A stretch of DNA of 63,922 nt, filler included, from Olpidium bornovanus S191 (Eukaryota; Fungi; Olpidiomycota), in assembly GCA_017911155.1 (NCBI GenBank). It is 25 parts of 25 records of this genome, joined end to end, with 100 filler letters (N's around TTAATTAATTAA, not from the genome) between each part and the next. Parts side by side here need not be neighbours in the genome. Positions count along the whole stretch, not along the records: positions 36,762 to 39,148 come from JAEFCI010009734.1; positions 39,249 to 41,118 come from JAEFCI010007330.1; positions 41,219 to 44,993 come from JAEFCI010002472.1; positions 45,094 to 47,421 come from JAEFCI010010985.1; positions 47,522 to 54,769 come from JAEFCI010003471.1; 20 more parts are not named here. One strand, written 5' to 3'. The translations under genes and the position numbers were made by a program. A model generated the notes under the pieces. The model was not told the origin of the DNA. It saw only the letters and a list, made by a program, of their open reading frames with translations, and did no database searches. This document shows positions 36,907-48,361 of the stretch, piece after piece (position 1 is the stretch's first letter; each line of letters starts with the position of its first letter).

Positions 36907-38037
36907 CTAGAAGTGGACGTGGATGGTCCGACCGTCGCCTCTTCTCGCCACGCAAAGCGCGCGCCCGGCGCCCGGATCGTTTCCGCCTTCGGGTGCGGCG
37001 GCGGGGCCGACGCGGGCGAAGGTTTCCGGCGCCTCGGCCAGCGCGGACTCCACGGAGGGCATGGGCACGCCGCGGCAGCGGGCCAGGCGCAGCGTGTCGA
37101 ACCGGCGGCCGGCGGCGGCCAGGAACTGGCGGACGCCCGGCACGGTGATCCACCCCCGGCTGCCGCGCACGTCGACCTCCCGCAGCAGGCGGCAGCCGGC
37201 GGCGACGGCGGCGAGGCCGGCGCACGTCCGCCGGCGTCCCGGGCCCTCGCTCACGAGAAACTGCGAGCACGCCAGCCGCCGCAGGGCGCGCGCGTGGCGC
37301 GACACGGCGACCAGCCCGCGGTCCGTCAGCGCGGCGCTGTTGCTGACGTTGAGGTCGACGACCGCCCCGAAGCAGCTCGCCGCCAGCGCCTCGAGCACCT
37401 CGTCGGTCAGCCCCGCGTACCCGTCGAGGTTGACAGTCCGCAGGAACGCCCCGCGGTGCGCGCGCACCAGGCCGCCGAGGTCCGCCGGGGGCCCGGGGCT
37501 CGCCGCAGCGGCGGCCCCGTCCCGCAGGGGAAAAGGCGGCGCTTCCGACCCGTGCCTCCTCCTTTCGCACGCGCGGCAGAGGCACAGGAGGACCTTCAAG
37601 GCCCGGTCGTCGGCCACGCGCGAGATGCGGCGCACGTCCGGGCGCCGCGCGCACCGAAATCCCAGCTGCATCGACGCCAAATCGCTTTCTGGAAGGTAGC
37701 GGAAAATGTCGATGACGATCTGCGAGGGGCGGGCGGTAATGGGGCGCGGCGGGGAAAACGTACCAAAAAAAAAAAAAAAAAAAAAAAATTGCGGCGGAGT
37801 GCATACACCCCCACCCCTTTTTTTTGCTGAGTGAAAGCTCGGCCCGACCGAGCTAGGTGGGTTTGCGAGTGACTTTTTTTCTTTTCTTCCATCCGTTGGG
37901 CAGCAATCGTTCGTTTGGTTTTTGCCCTCGGCAAAAATCTGGACGCCCGGGGCCACCGGGTGTGGAGGGGGAGGGGGGACGACGCTTTTTCTCACCTCGT
38001 CCGGAACGTCGGCGAAATTCGTCGTTTTGGAGCCCAT
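36907..38037 (-). CDS. F-box/leucine-rich-repeat protein
   Basis: F-box split by an intron (FADVPDE / IVIDIFRYLPESDL), then cysteine-containing LRRs (LRTVNLDGYAGLTDEVL, LNVSNSAALTDRGL, LREVDVRGSRGWIT, LRLARCRGV). Confidence 0.8.
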   Translation of the reverse strand: MGSKTTNFADVPDEVRKSVVPPPPPHPVAPGVQIFAEGKNQTNDCCPTDGRKEKKSLANPPSSVGPSFHSAKKRGGGVCTPPQFFFFFFFFGTFSPPRPITARPSQIVIDIFRYLPESDLASMQLGFRCARRPDVRRISRVADDRALKVLLCLCRACERRRHGSEAPPFPLRDGAAAAASPGPPADLGGLVRAHRGAFLRTVNLDGYAGLTDEVLEALAASCFGAVVDLNVSNSAALTDRGLVAVSRHARALRRLACSQFLVSEGPGRRRTCAGLAAVAAGCRLLREVDVRGSRGWITVPGVRQFLAAAGRRFDTLRLARCRGVPMPSVESALAEAPETFARVGPAAAPEGGNDPGAGRALCVARRGDGRTIHVHF

Positions 38038-39062
38038 GGAGAGAGGTAGAGATAAGGACGGAGAGAAAGGGAGAGAAACAGCCAACACCGCCCCGGGTCT
38101 GGAAGTGCGGCTCTCCCCGGTCCGGAGAGGGTTCCGATTTTCGCCGCGCGTGCTTATCCGTCAGGAGGAGGCGTACAAAGAGAGAAAGGGGGCAAAATAA
38201 AGCTATCGGCTGCTTCGACGTTTGGGAAACTCGGGTTCCTATTCGGTGTCCCGAAGCCTGCTTGCACCGCGCTCGGGTGAACCCCCGTCCCGTATTCGAA
38301 TGCGACGAAAATTTTTCGTTTGTCCTTGGCGGGGGAGAGCCCGTGGGGGAGGGGGGACAAAGAGGCGGCCCGGCAGCGTGTGCAACGGTGGCCCCCCCGT
38401 CTCCGTTTCGCACGAGCCCGTATCCATGGCCACCACCCAAGGGTTCGCGTAGTTCTCGTCAACCCGCTAACTCCGCGCGCCGCGGACGCGACGCAACCGG
38501 CTCGCAGTGCTGCTGCAGGTAAAGCTGTCACCTGTCTCGCATTGACCGAGAGAACAGCTGGTTGCCGTTGGTCTTCCCAAGTAACCCAAGGTGACGAGAC
38601 CGGTGGGAGCACCAGCCACGGTGGGGCAGCCGCCGCGCAGAAAGTTGGCGTTTGGCACAACGAGATTAATTAAGGAGCGGAGTACGGGGCACAACCGGCG
38701 GCCCTGCGAAACTCATGCGAGCGTGTGCTGGGCGTGATAGAAAAACCGGCCGCCTTTGCCGCGGCTGTGAAGACCCCTGTTCAACCTTTGCGGACCGCCA
38801 GAATCGACCGACGCCGGTCTGGAGGATGGCGGCCTTGCGTGAGATTCGTATCCGGCTGTAGCAGCCCTGGCGAAAGGCGGCGGGTGGCGCAGCGTGCTGC
38901 TTCCTCCGCGAGCAGGAGCTGCGCCGGGGCGGGAAGATCCGGCGCCCGCCGTCGGAAGAGAGCACAACCGCTGCCCCGGTTGGGAGAGGGCGAGAACGCG
39001 CGGGTGCCCATGGTTCCACAGGTCGGAAGGGTTTCCTCCGCCAGTTCCGTAGCCGGGGGCGA

Positions 39063-39109
<47 letters not shown>

Positions 39110-39116
39110 GGGGGGG

Positions 39117-39148
<32 letters not shown>

Positions 39149-39248
39149 NNNNNNNNNNNNNNNNNNNNNNNNNNNNNNNNNNNNNNNNNNNNTTAATTAA
39201 TTAANNNNNNNNNNNNNNNNNNNNNNNNNNNNNNNNNNNNNNNNNNNN

Positions 39249-41118
39249 CATGCGTTAGTACTAACTCCTGTAAACTGGCGTCTTCGGAACGGCAACAGCA
39301 GGGGGTTATGTCAGCGCCAGCAGTGGCTCGGAGTACGGGGATGACAGTGAAGTCGACGACGGTGTTGATTCCCCCTCTCGTCGTCCGCGGAGATCGTCGT
39401 CTCCGAGCCAGCTGGGCGACGCTGCCGCCAGAGCGGCCGCAGCTAACGGTTTGCCTTCAGCAATCTTGGACGATAAGCTGGAGAACGTCACCGAAGATAG
39501 CAATCTTGTGAAAACGTTGGCCGCTGCAGACGGCACAGTTCCGGCCGACTCATCCGCCAAAGGAGATGGCCCGAACCTGCAGGTGGAAACCTGGGAAGAG
39601 CAGAGCGGGAAGAGAGTGCGCTTACGGCCAGATACCGTCGCCGGGGTAATTGGGATGAAAACTCTGCGGCCGTCCCACAGCTCCGCGGAGCACCCTGGGC
39701 GTGCTTCAAATAAGGGCGTGGACACGGCATCATCCGCACTGGAAGCGAGCGGCAAAGAGGAGCAGCAGGAGGGCGCTGGGCGCGATCTGGACGGGGAAGG
39801 CCAAGAAGCGCGGAACAGGCCTACCGAGGACGCCGGTAAAACGACACAGCAGGATCAGCGCAAGTCGTCCGAGGACTACTCCGCGGAGCTCCGGCAGTCC
39901 GAAGAGACCACACGATGCGACGAGGGTTCCGGTCTCGGATTGGCCACAGCGTCAACGACGACAATGACATCGGCGGAAAGCGATATCCCTGCCTCTTCCA
40001 CGTCGTCTACTGCTCAGGTGCCCTTCGGCTCTGCGGTTACGGACTCCGCACTGGGTGATGCCCGGGTTGACCGCCCTGGCCCTCTCATTATCGCGGAGCC
40101 AACGGACCAATATTTGCAGCCCAGGGAGGCGCGGAGAGCCGATAGGTTACTCCCAGCGTCCGCCGACTCCAGGCCGCCGGACGCGCGGTCGTCATCTTCC
40201 GACGGTCGCCTAAGCCGTGTGCGCACGCACTCTGTACCCCGCAATCTCCCCGCCACGGTCGCAGCACAGTTGGACGACCCGAAGAGAAGAGGTTCGTTCG
40301 TCGTTGAGTGTCCCCGGAGACTTTACGACTGCGGTCGCAGGGAGGGTGACTTCCAACTTCCTTATCTGAACGGTAACTGGGTACCCTCAGAGCTCCGTCT
40401 CGGCGTTGGAATTGGTAACGCCAGAAATAAGCAGGATTACGAGGATCGCTTCTCTGACACTGAGCTCGATCACCGCACCCCCCCCCGGCCGACAAGTCCG
40501 TCCGGTGATGAAGTGTGTTTTTCTTTGTGTTCTGGATCCCCGTCCCCCGGTCGAAATCGCTTTTTGATTATCTAATTGGGGTTTTGTTGCCTGATCCACC
40601 GAACGTACTCGTTTAATGCAAATAGGACGAGGGCCGGAAACCCCGTCAGGAGTGGTCCTGGGGCTGGGGTCGACTCCCCGAAAAGCGCCAAAATGGAATC
40701 AGCAACGGTTCGCCAGCTGAACTGAACAATTTGAACCGGTCGCCGCCCTCCCTCCCGGAACCTGCCCCGAACGTTGAGCGGAGCCCGACGGCGTCCTTCT
40801 CGGGGCTTGATTCGGCAGGTAGTGACGAGTTTCACGACTTCCAGGCCGTTGAAAGTGAAGGGCTCCTCGTTGGCGAAAGGCGATACAAGATCGACATCAG
40901 CTTGTGCGGCGGAACTCAGTTCGGAAAGGATGAGGTTCGGTCCATTTATATGTGACCTTCGTTGAGGGTGATGTCAGCCACGTTTCCGTTGCTCATTGAC
41001 ATGTCCGCGCGTCAAACGTTGTGCGGTTGGGCACAGGCCAGAAACGAGGCTCTGTTTCGGCAGCATCAGATAACCTTTGAAGCGTTCTGCGCTAATCCGT
41101 TTATCCTGAACGACCCGG
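39249..41118 (+). CDS. PAH1: Lipin/Pah1 phosphatidate phosphatase, internal fragment
   Basis: Long acidic/Ser-rich linker followed by lipin middle-domain signature DISLCGG...FRQHQITFEAFCANPFILNDP at the contig end; N-LIP and catalytic domains are outside the contig. Confidence 0.7.
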
Positions 41119-41219
41119 NNNNNNNNNNNNNNNNNNNNNNNNNNNNNNNNNNNNNNNNNNNNTTAATTAATTAANNNNNNNNNNNNNNNNNNNNNNNNNN
41201 NNNNNNNNNNNNNNNNNNA

Positions 41220-42023
41220 TTGGCGGGCTTCGAGGGGGGCTATTCTATTGGTCGACCCCCGGGTTCGGGGGCCGTCCTGCCCTCGATCCCGCCGCTTCCG
41301 CCCTTCGACCGCCTCTCGCCCTTTGCTCTGCGCCCTCCTTCCCCGCCCTTTGTCCTGCCGCCCTTTGCCCTGCGCCCGCCTTCGCCCGCCGCCTGCCTTC
41401 CGTGGCGTCGGTCGACGGGCGGTTTGAGGGCCGTGCTACAGCACAAGAAGGCAACGAAGTCGGTGGCGCAAGGAACAGGACGGGTCACTTGTTCTATGAG
41501 CGGGAAAGGCGTCGAAGCGGGGCGCGCTGCGAAACCGGCGGGGGCGAAGGGAGCGGACGCTGCGGGATCATCGACGACGACCCGCCGGGCGACGGAGACC
41601 GCGCGCGTGCCCCAGGGTCCGGCCGCAGAGCTGTCGACGTGGAACCAAGGGCAGCTTCGACGGCTGCAGGACCGCAAGCGGGCGCGGTGGAACACACTCG
41701 TGGTAACTGCTCACGATGCTTTCGACTCGGGCATGTCAGCCTCGCGTCGCCGGGCGTTCGAGGCTGACGCGAGTACGTTCAGTTTCATGGTTTATCGCTA
41801 CCGAGACTACCTCCCGCCGACGACGCGACAGACGGCGCTCCGACACCGTCGGGAGCTGAACATTCTCGTGAACAAGCTGCGTGGGGACCCGGAGCTACGC
41901 GGGGCGAGCGACCTGGGGACGGAACCGGTAGCCCCATGGTCCGACGTCGAAAAGCCGTATGCGGGCGCCGGGCGAGCAAACGATCCTCAAGATTCGGGTC
42001 ATCACTCGTGGGCCCTGCGCTGA
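41220..42023 (+). CDS. Hypothetical ORF
   Basis: 267-aa ORF with an ordered-looking helical C-terminal half; no motif recognised. Confidence 0.3.
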   Translation: MAGFEGGYSIGRPPGSGAVLPSIPPLPPFDRLSPFALRPPSPPFVLPPFALRPPSPAACLPWRRSTGGLRAVLQHKKATKSVAQGTGRVTCSMSGKGVEAGRAAKPAGAKGADAAGSSTTTRRATETARVPQGPAAELSTWNQGQLRRLQDRKRARWNTLVVTAHDAFDSGMSASRRRAFEADASTFSFMVYRYRDYLPPTTRQTALRHRRELNILVNKLRGDPELRGASDLGTEPVAPWSDVEKPYAGAGRANDPQDSGHHSWALR

Positions 42024-42053
42024 GGAGAGGGGGCTGTATCGAGGGGCTCGTGT

Positions 42054-42087
<34 letters not shown>

Positions 42088-42100
42088 AAACACAAAAAAA

Positions 42101-42320
42101 ATGGCTAGGAAAGACGCGAAGGCGGCTGCGCCTGCCAAGCCCAGCTCCGGCGGAGGAGGCAAGGCCAAGAAGAAGAAGCGGTCAAAGGGAAAGGTCAAGG
42201 ACAAGGCCAACAATGCCGTTTATTTTTGACAAGAGCACCTACAGGAAGCTCGCGCAAGGAGACCGAACCGCTGCGGCGCGGGCAAGAAGGAGGTCACGAG
42301 GGCTACGCGGGACGCTGGGC
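42101..42320 (+). pseudogene. RPS25: 40S ribosomal protein S25 (eS25) pseudogene
   Basis: MARKDAKAAAP...GGKAKKKKRSKGKVKDKANNAV matches the eS25 N-terminus (conserved W is R); frameshift at ~42222 then DKSTYRKL; scrambled remainder ending in a TRAT-like stretch; no intron. Confidence 0.7.
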
Positions 42321-42959
42321 GGAGAAGGGCTACCATTTTGGGGCTACGGTCGATTCGCGCCTCGCCATAGGCATCGCTCTGGCGTGAAGGGGGCGGTTGT
42401 CGGCGCCCAAAATGGCCTTGGCGGGCATCGAACCCGACTTTGACTACTCTAGCTTCGAACCCCTTTTCCCTCGGTTTCGCTCGTTTTGCATTGTGTCACT
42501 CGTTTCCACTCGTCTTTTGCTTTTGACTACCGGGGTCACGTGCGTCGACGCCGTCCACTTGTTTCGAAGTGTTTTGGTTTCGCCACCCCTTTTTTTTCTT
42601 CCCTGTCGTCAAACTCGCCGCGAAAACCCATCACCGATCCACTCGACTCCGAAATAAAAACAAAACCCCGAGTTCGGGCACCCCAAAACAAAGTCGTCGG
42701 GCTTGTTCCAGCGTCGTGTTCACCTTCGGGCCCGTTCGAGCGGAGGCGACGGCCGCCGCTACGGGTCAAGCGGCGTCGGCTGCTCTCTCCCTTCCCTCCC
42801 CGTCCTTTTCTCACAGCGTCGACTGCGGAGTAGTTCGAAGCCGCGTCGCAGTGCCATCGACGCCGAACCCGAGTGCGGCACGCAACGCGCGCCTGTCAAC
42901 CGGATCGCCCAGAGCCCCCTGCGGGCCTGAAGCCGGCCCTGCCCTCCCTGCCGCTCGGA

Positions 42960-43583
42960 ACCGATCCGCCGATTGCAGACGCGTCGGCTTCGTCGCCGAC
43001 AACGGCTTGGACCATCAAACCGCGGGACAACTGTCCAGAAAATACCAGACCCGCGCAATCGGGCCATATCACGTCTTGGCCCTGGATAATCGCGGTAACG
43101 TCCAGCTGGATCTTCCAAGGACCCTCTCCCGGGTGTTTCCGTAGTTCTCCCCTACAAGAGTCCGGCCCTATCGCCCACCGGACTCCTTCGCACCCATTTC
43201 ACAGATGATTCACCGCCCGCCGCCCGAGATAATAAACGGCGCGCTAGAATGGGAAGTGGAAAAAGTCGTCGCTTCACACGTCCACCACCGACAACTACAG
43301 TATTTGGTCAAAGTGGAAAGGCTACGACGACTCTGAAAACTCCTGGGAACCCGCCACGAATCTCGCCAACGCCCAGACAGCCATCGCCGAGTTCACAAGT
43401 CGTCGAGTCCCAAATAATTAGTCCTTATGGCCCGGGCCAGCGGACTAGGGGGGGGGTTATAGTAGACGCATAATGTGATCACGTGACCTCCCTCCGTACA
43501 TAACCACACAGCAGTTCCGCTCTCCCCCTTCCTCTCTCCCGCCGTCTCCGTAACCAAATAAAACACGAACCGCAGTCGTTACA
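42960..43583 (+). mobile_element. Ty3/gypsy chromovirus 3' remnant: integrase GPY/F tail, chromodomain, PPT, 3' LTR
   Basis: LSRKYQTRAIGPYHV...QLDLP; frameshifted chromodomain EWEVEKVV...[21 protein letters not shown] (43247-43421); polypurine tract 43447-43456; LTR ~43458-43583 with AATAAA and a GTTACA end. Confidence 0.88.
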
Positions 43584-44390
43584 GCTTCCCCTGCGCATGT
43601 TCAGGCAAGTTTCCGAGCTGAATGTACGTTTTTGTCCATGCACGAATGCACCGCCCAGCATGATTTTGTGCTTGTTGCCCACCCCTCCTTTGCAGCTTGC
43701 TCAGACGCAGGTAATTTTCCTTTTCCCTTCCAAAGCAAGCGTAATGTATCTCCGCACGCACATCAATCGCTGCAGCTGATATCCAGAGACCGCTGCCAAT
43801 TCAGATTTTCGATTCTTGACACGTGCAAGTCCTTCTCTTGAGTTTCTTTTCTGCCGCTGCCAGTTTCTCCAATTCATCCATACCCACGTCATCATCAACT
43901 TCGTCTTCTTCCACAACTTCACCTGCGTTTTCTTGCGACCCACTCGTCTGAACATCTGATCAACGCGCTGGTATGACTTTGCATGTGCTGCCAGCTCTTC
44001 CTGTGCCTTGCGCTTTCTCCATCCCGTCATACGAGAATTGCCTTGCAAAAGTTTCAGTAGGTGAATGGATGTGTATGCCCCAATCACAAAAAAAAAAAGG
44101 AAAAATCACAACACACTCAAAATTACCCTGTGTACACAGTTCGCAAATTGCTGCCAGCTTACATCAAAATTCCAGGCCGGTCGAGGGTGATCAATTTTCC
44201 TCTAGCCATTGATTGAGAAGTTCCGGGTCGATGGGATCCACCTCGCCATCATTGTCGGCATTATTATCTTCACCCTGCTGCTTCCCAGTCTTCCTCTAGC
44301 TCTGGTTCCTGCCGATCGAGTGCACGGGACTGACGAGCAATGGCTGCATTTCGTTTGGAGTGCAGCTTTTTGTTTTTTGGGCCTTGGCAT
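43584..44390 (-). mobile_element. Decayed DDE transposase N-terminal part (Tc1/IS630-like, fungal large type), copy 1
   Basis: MPRPKKQK start; GNSRMTGWRKRK; frameshifted GRCIRAWTKTYIQLGNLPEHAQGK, truncated by the gypsy LTR. Superfamily assignment is inferred from motif recall. Confidence 0.6.
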
Positions 44391-44887
44391 TGGGGTGATG
44401 TGGTGGCCGGTGGGGTGCGTGACTGTTGGGTGAAACTTTTTTGAGAGGGTTTTTTCGGGAGGGAAGCCTGCCTTTTATACCCCGGCGGCGACTCCCCCCC
44501 CCCCCCCCCCCCCCCCCCGCCCCCCCCCCGGCCGCGGAAGTCGGACCTGCCACAGCACCAGATTCCTTTTTTTTGTTTTTGTTTTGTTTTACTTACGGTC
44601 GGCTCGGGGTGAGCTCCGGGGCGTTCACCGCTCCTCGCCGAACAAACCGTCTGAACAGTGTGGGGGGTAGGGGGGGGGGAACCTCCCCCGACGTCCCGGC
44701 GCGGAGCGAGAAAAAAGTGGATGTTTGGTTAAGATGTGGTGTGCAAACGAGTCGATGTGGGGAAGAGTGTGTGGGGGAAGGAGAAGAAGAAGCAAGAACA
44801 AAAAAAAAAAAAAAAAAAAAAGGGGAACGACCGCGAAGAACGTCCGACACCCGGGCGTTCCGCCGGGGGGGGGGGGGGGGGGGGGGG

Positions 44888-44934
<47 letters not shown>

Positions 44935-45096
44935 CTCCCTTCCCCCCCCCCCCCCCCCGCCCCCCCCGCCGCCCCCCCCCCCGCCCCCCCCGGNNNNNNN
45001 NNNNNNNNNNNNNNNNNNNNNNNNNNNNNNNNNNNNNTTAATTAATTAANNNNNNNNNNNNNNNNNNNNNNNNNNNNNNNNNNNNNNNNNNNNATT

Positions 45097-45474
45097 TTAG
45101 TTTTTCGATCTCGTCATCTGACCAACGAGCCCCATTCCGGAGATGCCGATTGCCCCGGCTCCAGAAGGACATTGCGGTTGTTTCGCCCTCCAGAACTTGC
45201 ACTTAAGAGCCATGGGACTCCGTCCGGAAAAATATGCAGAAAGCGTATACCAACTGATTATGCCGCGGGTCTCCCATTCGTAATGTGCCATTCTAACCAG
45301 GATCTCTGCGTCGGCCGATGGCCAGGTCCTGTATTTGTACTGCTGGCCCCGGACAGTCGGAAAATTTGCCCGCGCGGCCGAAGTGACCGTTGCCCCCGGA
45401 TCTGTTCTCTCAGAATGTATGGGCTTTTTCCCGGCGAGATAGACGGCCAATGGTATCAAAGGGATCTCGCGCAA
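45097..45474 (-). CDS. Small Myb/SANT-like domain protein
   Basis: WPSADAEILV...ISWYTLSAYFSGRSPMALKCKFW resembles a single Myb repeat (W...L...W...GRS...K.W). Confidence 0.45.
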   Translation of the reverse strand: MREIPLIPLAVYLAGKKPIHSERTDPGATVTSAARANFPTVRGQQYKYRTWPSADAEILVRMAHYEWETRGIISWYTLSAYFSGRSPMALKCKFWRAKQPQCPSGAGAIGISGMGLVGQMTRSKN

Positions 45475-47521
45475 GTTAACAGTCTGCAGTTAACTTTTTT
45501 GACGAGGCGCTCGCTCTCGCTGTTCGACCGGTGTGGCGTTGCGTTTGTGGCTGGCCTGGTCAATGCGCGCGACAGCGCGGGCGTCCGGCGGGAATTCCGT
45601 ACTTCGAAAGGCATCACAACGGGCGGCGACGTTTGGCCTGGGCAGCGCGCGGGACAGCTCCACTGAACGAGCGCTTCACGTGGGCCGTCATTCAGCGGTT
45701 GAAATGATGTCAACAAAGTGCTCGGTCTGACGAGAGAAATTTGCCGCGCTTGCAAGGGTGAATTTCCCGGCGGGATTTCCCGACAGAAAGCAAACGGCAT
45801 TCCCTGCGAGATCAGACAAGACTCTTCCAGCGGCATCCCAAATCTGCCGCCCTGATTAAAAGCCGGCTGCGGGAGAACTGAGCAACGCCGCCTTTTTCTT
45901 TTTTTTTCGTTTCATTTAAAAGTTTAAGATGCGAGGCAGCGAGATCGGCTGCGTCCACCGAAAGCCGAAAATAGCGAGTGGCCTAAATTTGTGATTACTC
46001 AAATCAGGCCGCTTGCTATCTATGCCGGCGCCTACGGCAGAGTCTATACTGCCTGCTGACTGGACGGACAAAAATAGCCATACTGCGCCACGTGAGCGCG
46101 TTGTGTATATAAACGTGGCGGGAGTTTCTGGCAGCCTAAACTATATTGTTTTATCTGACGGCTAAAATGATGTGACCAGCTCGCAATGCCGGAATATGGC
46201 AGGATACGTTATGTAATACTCCGCTGCGCCTACAACCAGTTCAAATTTTCGTCTTCCCCTGGGCGTGCACGCTTGTGTTCTGCGCCACGTGCGTTCCCGT
46301 TCGGACCCGTTCCTTCCACGTTTCCGCGCGAAATAAGTCAAAATGCCAGCCTGCGTCGCCCCCGCTCATCTCCTTTCTATCAACTCCTTCGCAGTAACGC
46401 AGGCGACTCCGTTTCCCATTCCAACACAATTCACCTTCGTGGATTCGCTGGTTCAATATCTCTCGGGTTTTACCATACTGTCGTTAGCCAGTAGCTTCTC
46501 ACAACGTTGTCGTTCCGGAGCAGCTTCGTCATCGCCGGGCGCGGCTGCTGTGTCAGACGCTGCAGTAGGCAAAGACTGGGGTTAGCCGGCACGTTCTTAT
46601 GGGATGACAAGACGCCCATTGCGCGGGGATCCCAAATACAATCAACAATTCCAGATGCGCTCTTGTTTGACTGCCAGTCCGCGCGATCTTGGTGCTCTGG
46701 AGGTAGCCCTGTAGGGTCTCCCCACGGAAGAACTCCTGTTGGACCCGTTGCGATCGGATCCCGGTGCCTCAGCGGCTATGACTGGATGAGACCATCGGGC
46801 TGCGCCGCCAACCAAGAGCACCTCTCCCGCGGCGCACCGGTCAGACAGGCCCGGCCCCGCTCTATTCCCCAGCAGCCGAGAGCGCGCCGGCGCCCAGCGC
46901 TATCGTCCCGTGCGCCCCGCTCCCACGGTTCCAAGTCGCGCTTGGCCGAATTCTGCGCCGACGAAACTGTGAACGTCACCACCGCTGCCGCCGTTCATCA
47001 TCGCGAGCGAGCGTTCTCGCACTGCCGTCGCAGGCGTACGGCGCGCACTCACCGTCGCCCGGTGGGGTAGGTAAGAATTCAGGCGAGGGCCGCGCGACTA
47101 AACTCGCCGAACACTCCGGCTGTTTGAAATCTTGCGTTCCTGCGGCCGGTGTCTCCGCCATTCGCACATCAACGTGCATATTGTGCGTGCCCTCGCGGAA
47201 CGCACGTGGTTGTTGCGCCGCCCGTGAAATGGGCGCTGGGGGGAGATTGCACGTGTCAAGCAAATTTCAAACGCGACAGCCACAACCTTTCCCGCTATAG
47301 AGCCCAAACTGAGTTGACGCCAGCGCCTCAATCTCCAGCCTCGCCAATGCCGGCTCTCCGCAATGCGTTTGGAGCGCGCAGGGCTTCGCTGCGGCCGTGT
47401 CCTGCATTTCAAAGAATCATGNNNNNNNNNNNNNNNNNNNNNNNNNNNNNNNNNNNNNNNNNNNNTTAATTAATTAANNNNNNNNNNNNNNNNNNNNNNN
47501 NNNNNNNNNNNNNNNNNNNNN

Positions 47522-48361
47522 AACCAAGCGTCGGAAGGATTGCACTGTTGACATGATTAGTGAGCTTTGTGACATCCACCCGAAATTTGTTCTCTCGAAG
47601 ATATAAGGTAAGCAGCATGACAATGTCCTCATCCCACATAAAGCTCCATCATTTTGCATGCCTTCCACGACGCGAAGTGGGTAACTTTCGGTCTTGAAGA
47701 TAGCTTTGTGCCCAAGCCCGCAAGGTGCGTGCAAAGTATGGCCCCTTGCCGGAAGCTTCGGCAACAAAACTACTGGCAAACATGCGCGTTTTCCCATTTT
47801 TCACCAGCCTAAAATACTAGAGAAGCGCTGCGACATGGACGTGGTCTACAACCACAGGCTTTTTTGTTGCTTTCCGCCCCGTCTCTTGCAGCGCACGTAC
47901 TGCCATCTCAAGCTGTTTGTCATCGTCTTCACTGTCGGTGTCTGCAGAAGAATCAGAAACTTCTTCGTGTTCAGCAGCTCTACCGACGGGCGCCCAATAC
48001 TCTGTGAGTTGCTTTGTTCCTTTAGCAGCCACTGCTTGCTTTGCTTTCTGTCGTCGCTTTGTGCACTCAGAGTTTCCGACGTAACGCAACGGTTGCTGTG
48101 AACTTTCAACGTCTGACAAGTGCTCAAGTCTCTCCATGACAGCATCAAGCTCAGTTGCACTGCTGTTTTCGTTGACCTCTTAGGCTGCGTTGTCTTTGTC
48201 CTCTGATAAATTATGTTCTTCCTCTTCCTCTTCCTCTTCATCCAGTGGTAGCCAGGTCGCATGAGACTCACTACTGGAAATCAGCATGCCATTTCGCTTT
48301 TTTTTTTTTTTGCTTGTCGAGCGCGTTCAAGTTGCCTTGCTTGCCTTTTTGGAGGAGGCAT
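47522..48361 (-). mobile_element. Decayed DDE transposase N-terminal part (Tc1/IS630-like), copy 2
   Basis: MPPPKRQARQL start; YVGNSECTKRR...AAKGTKQLTEYW; L*YFRLVKNG...GKGPYFARTLRAWAQSYL...LPTSRRGRHAK*WSFMWDEDI...ILPTLG with stops at 47817-47819 and 47649-47651. Confidence 0.7.

Noticed and set aside
38666-38673. Internal TTAATTAA
   Set aside because: Single 8-mer without Ns; chance occurrence, not a spacer.
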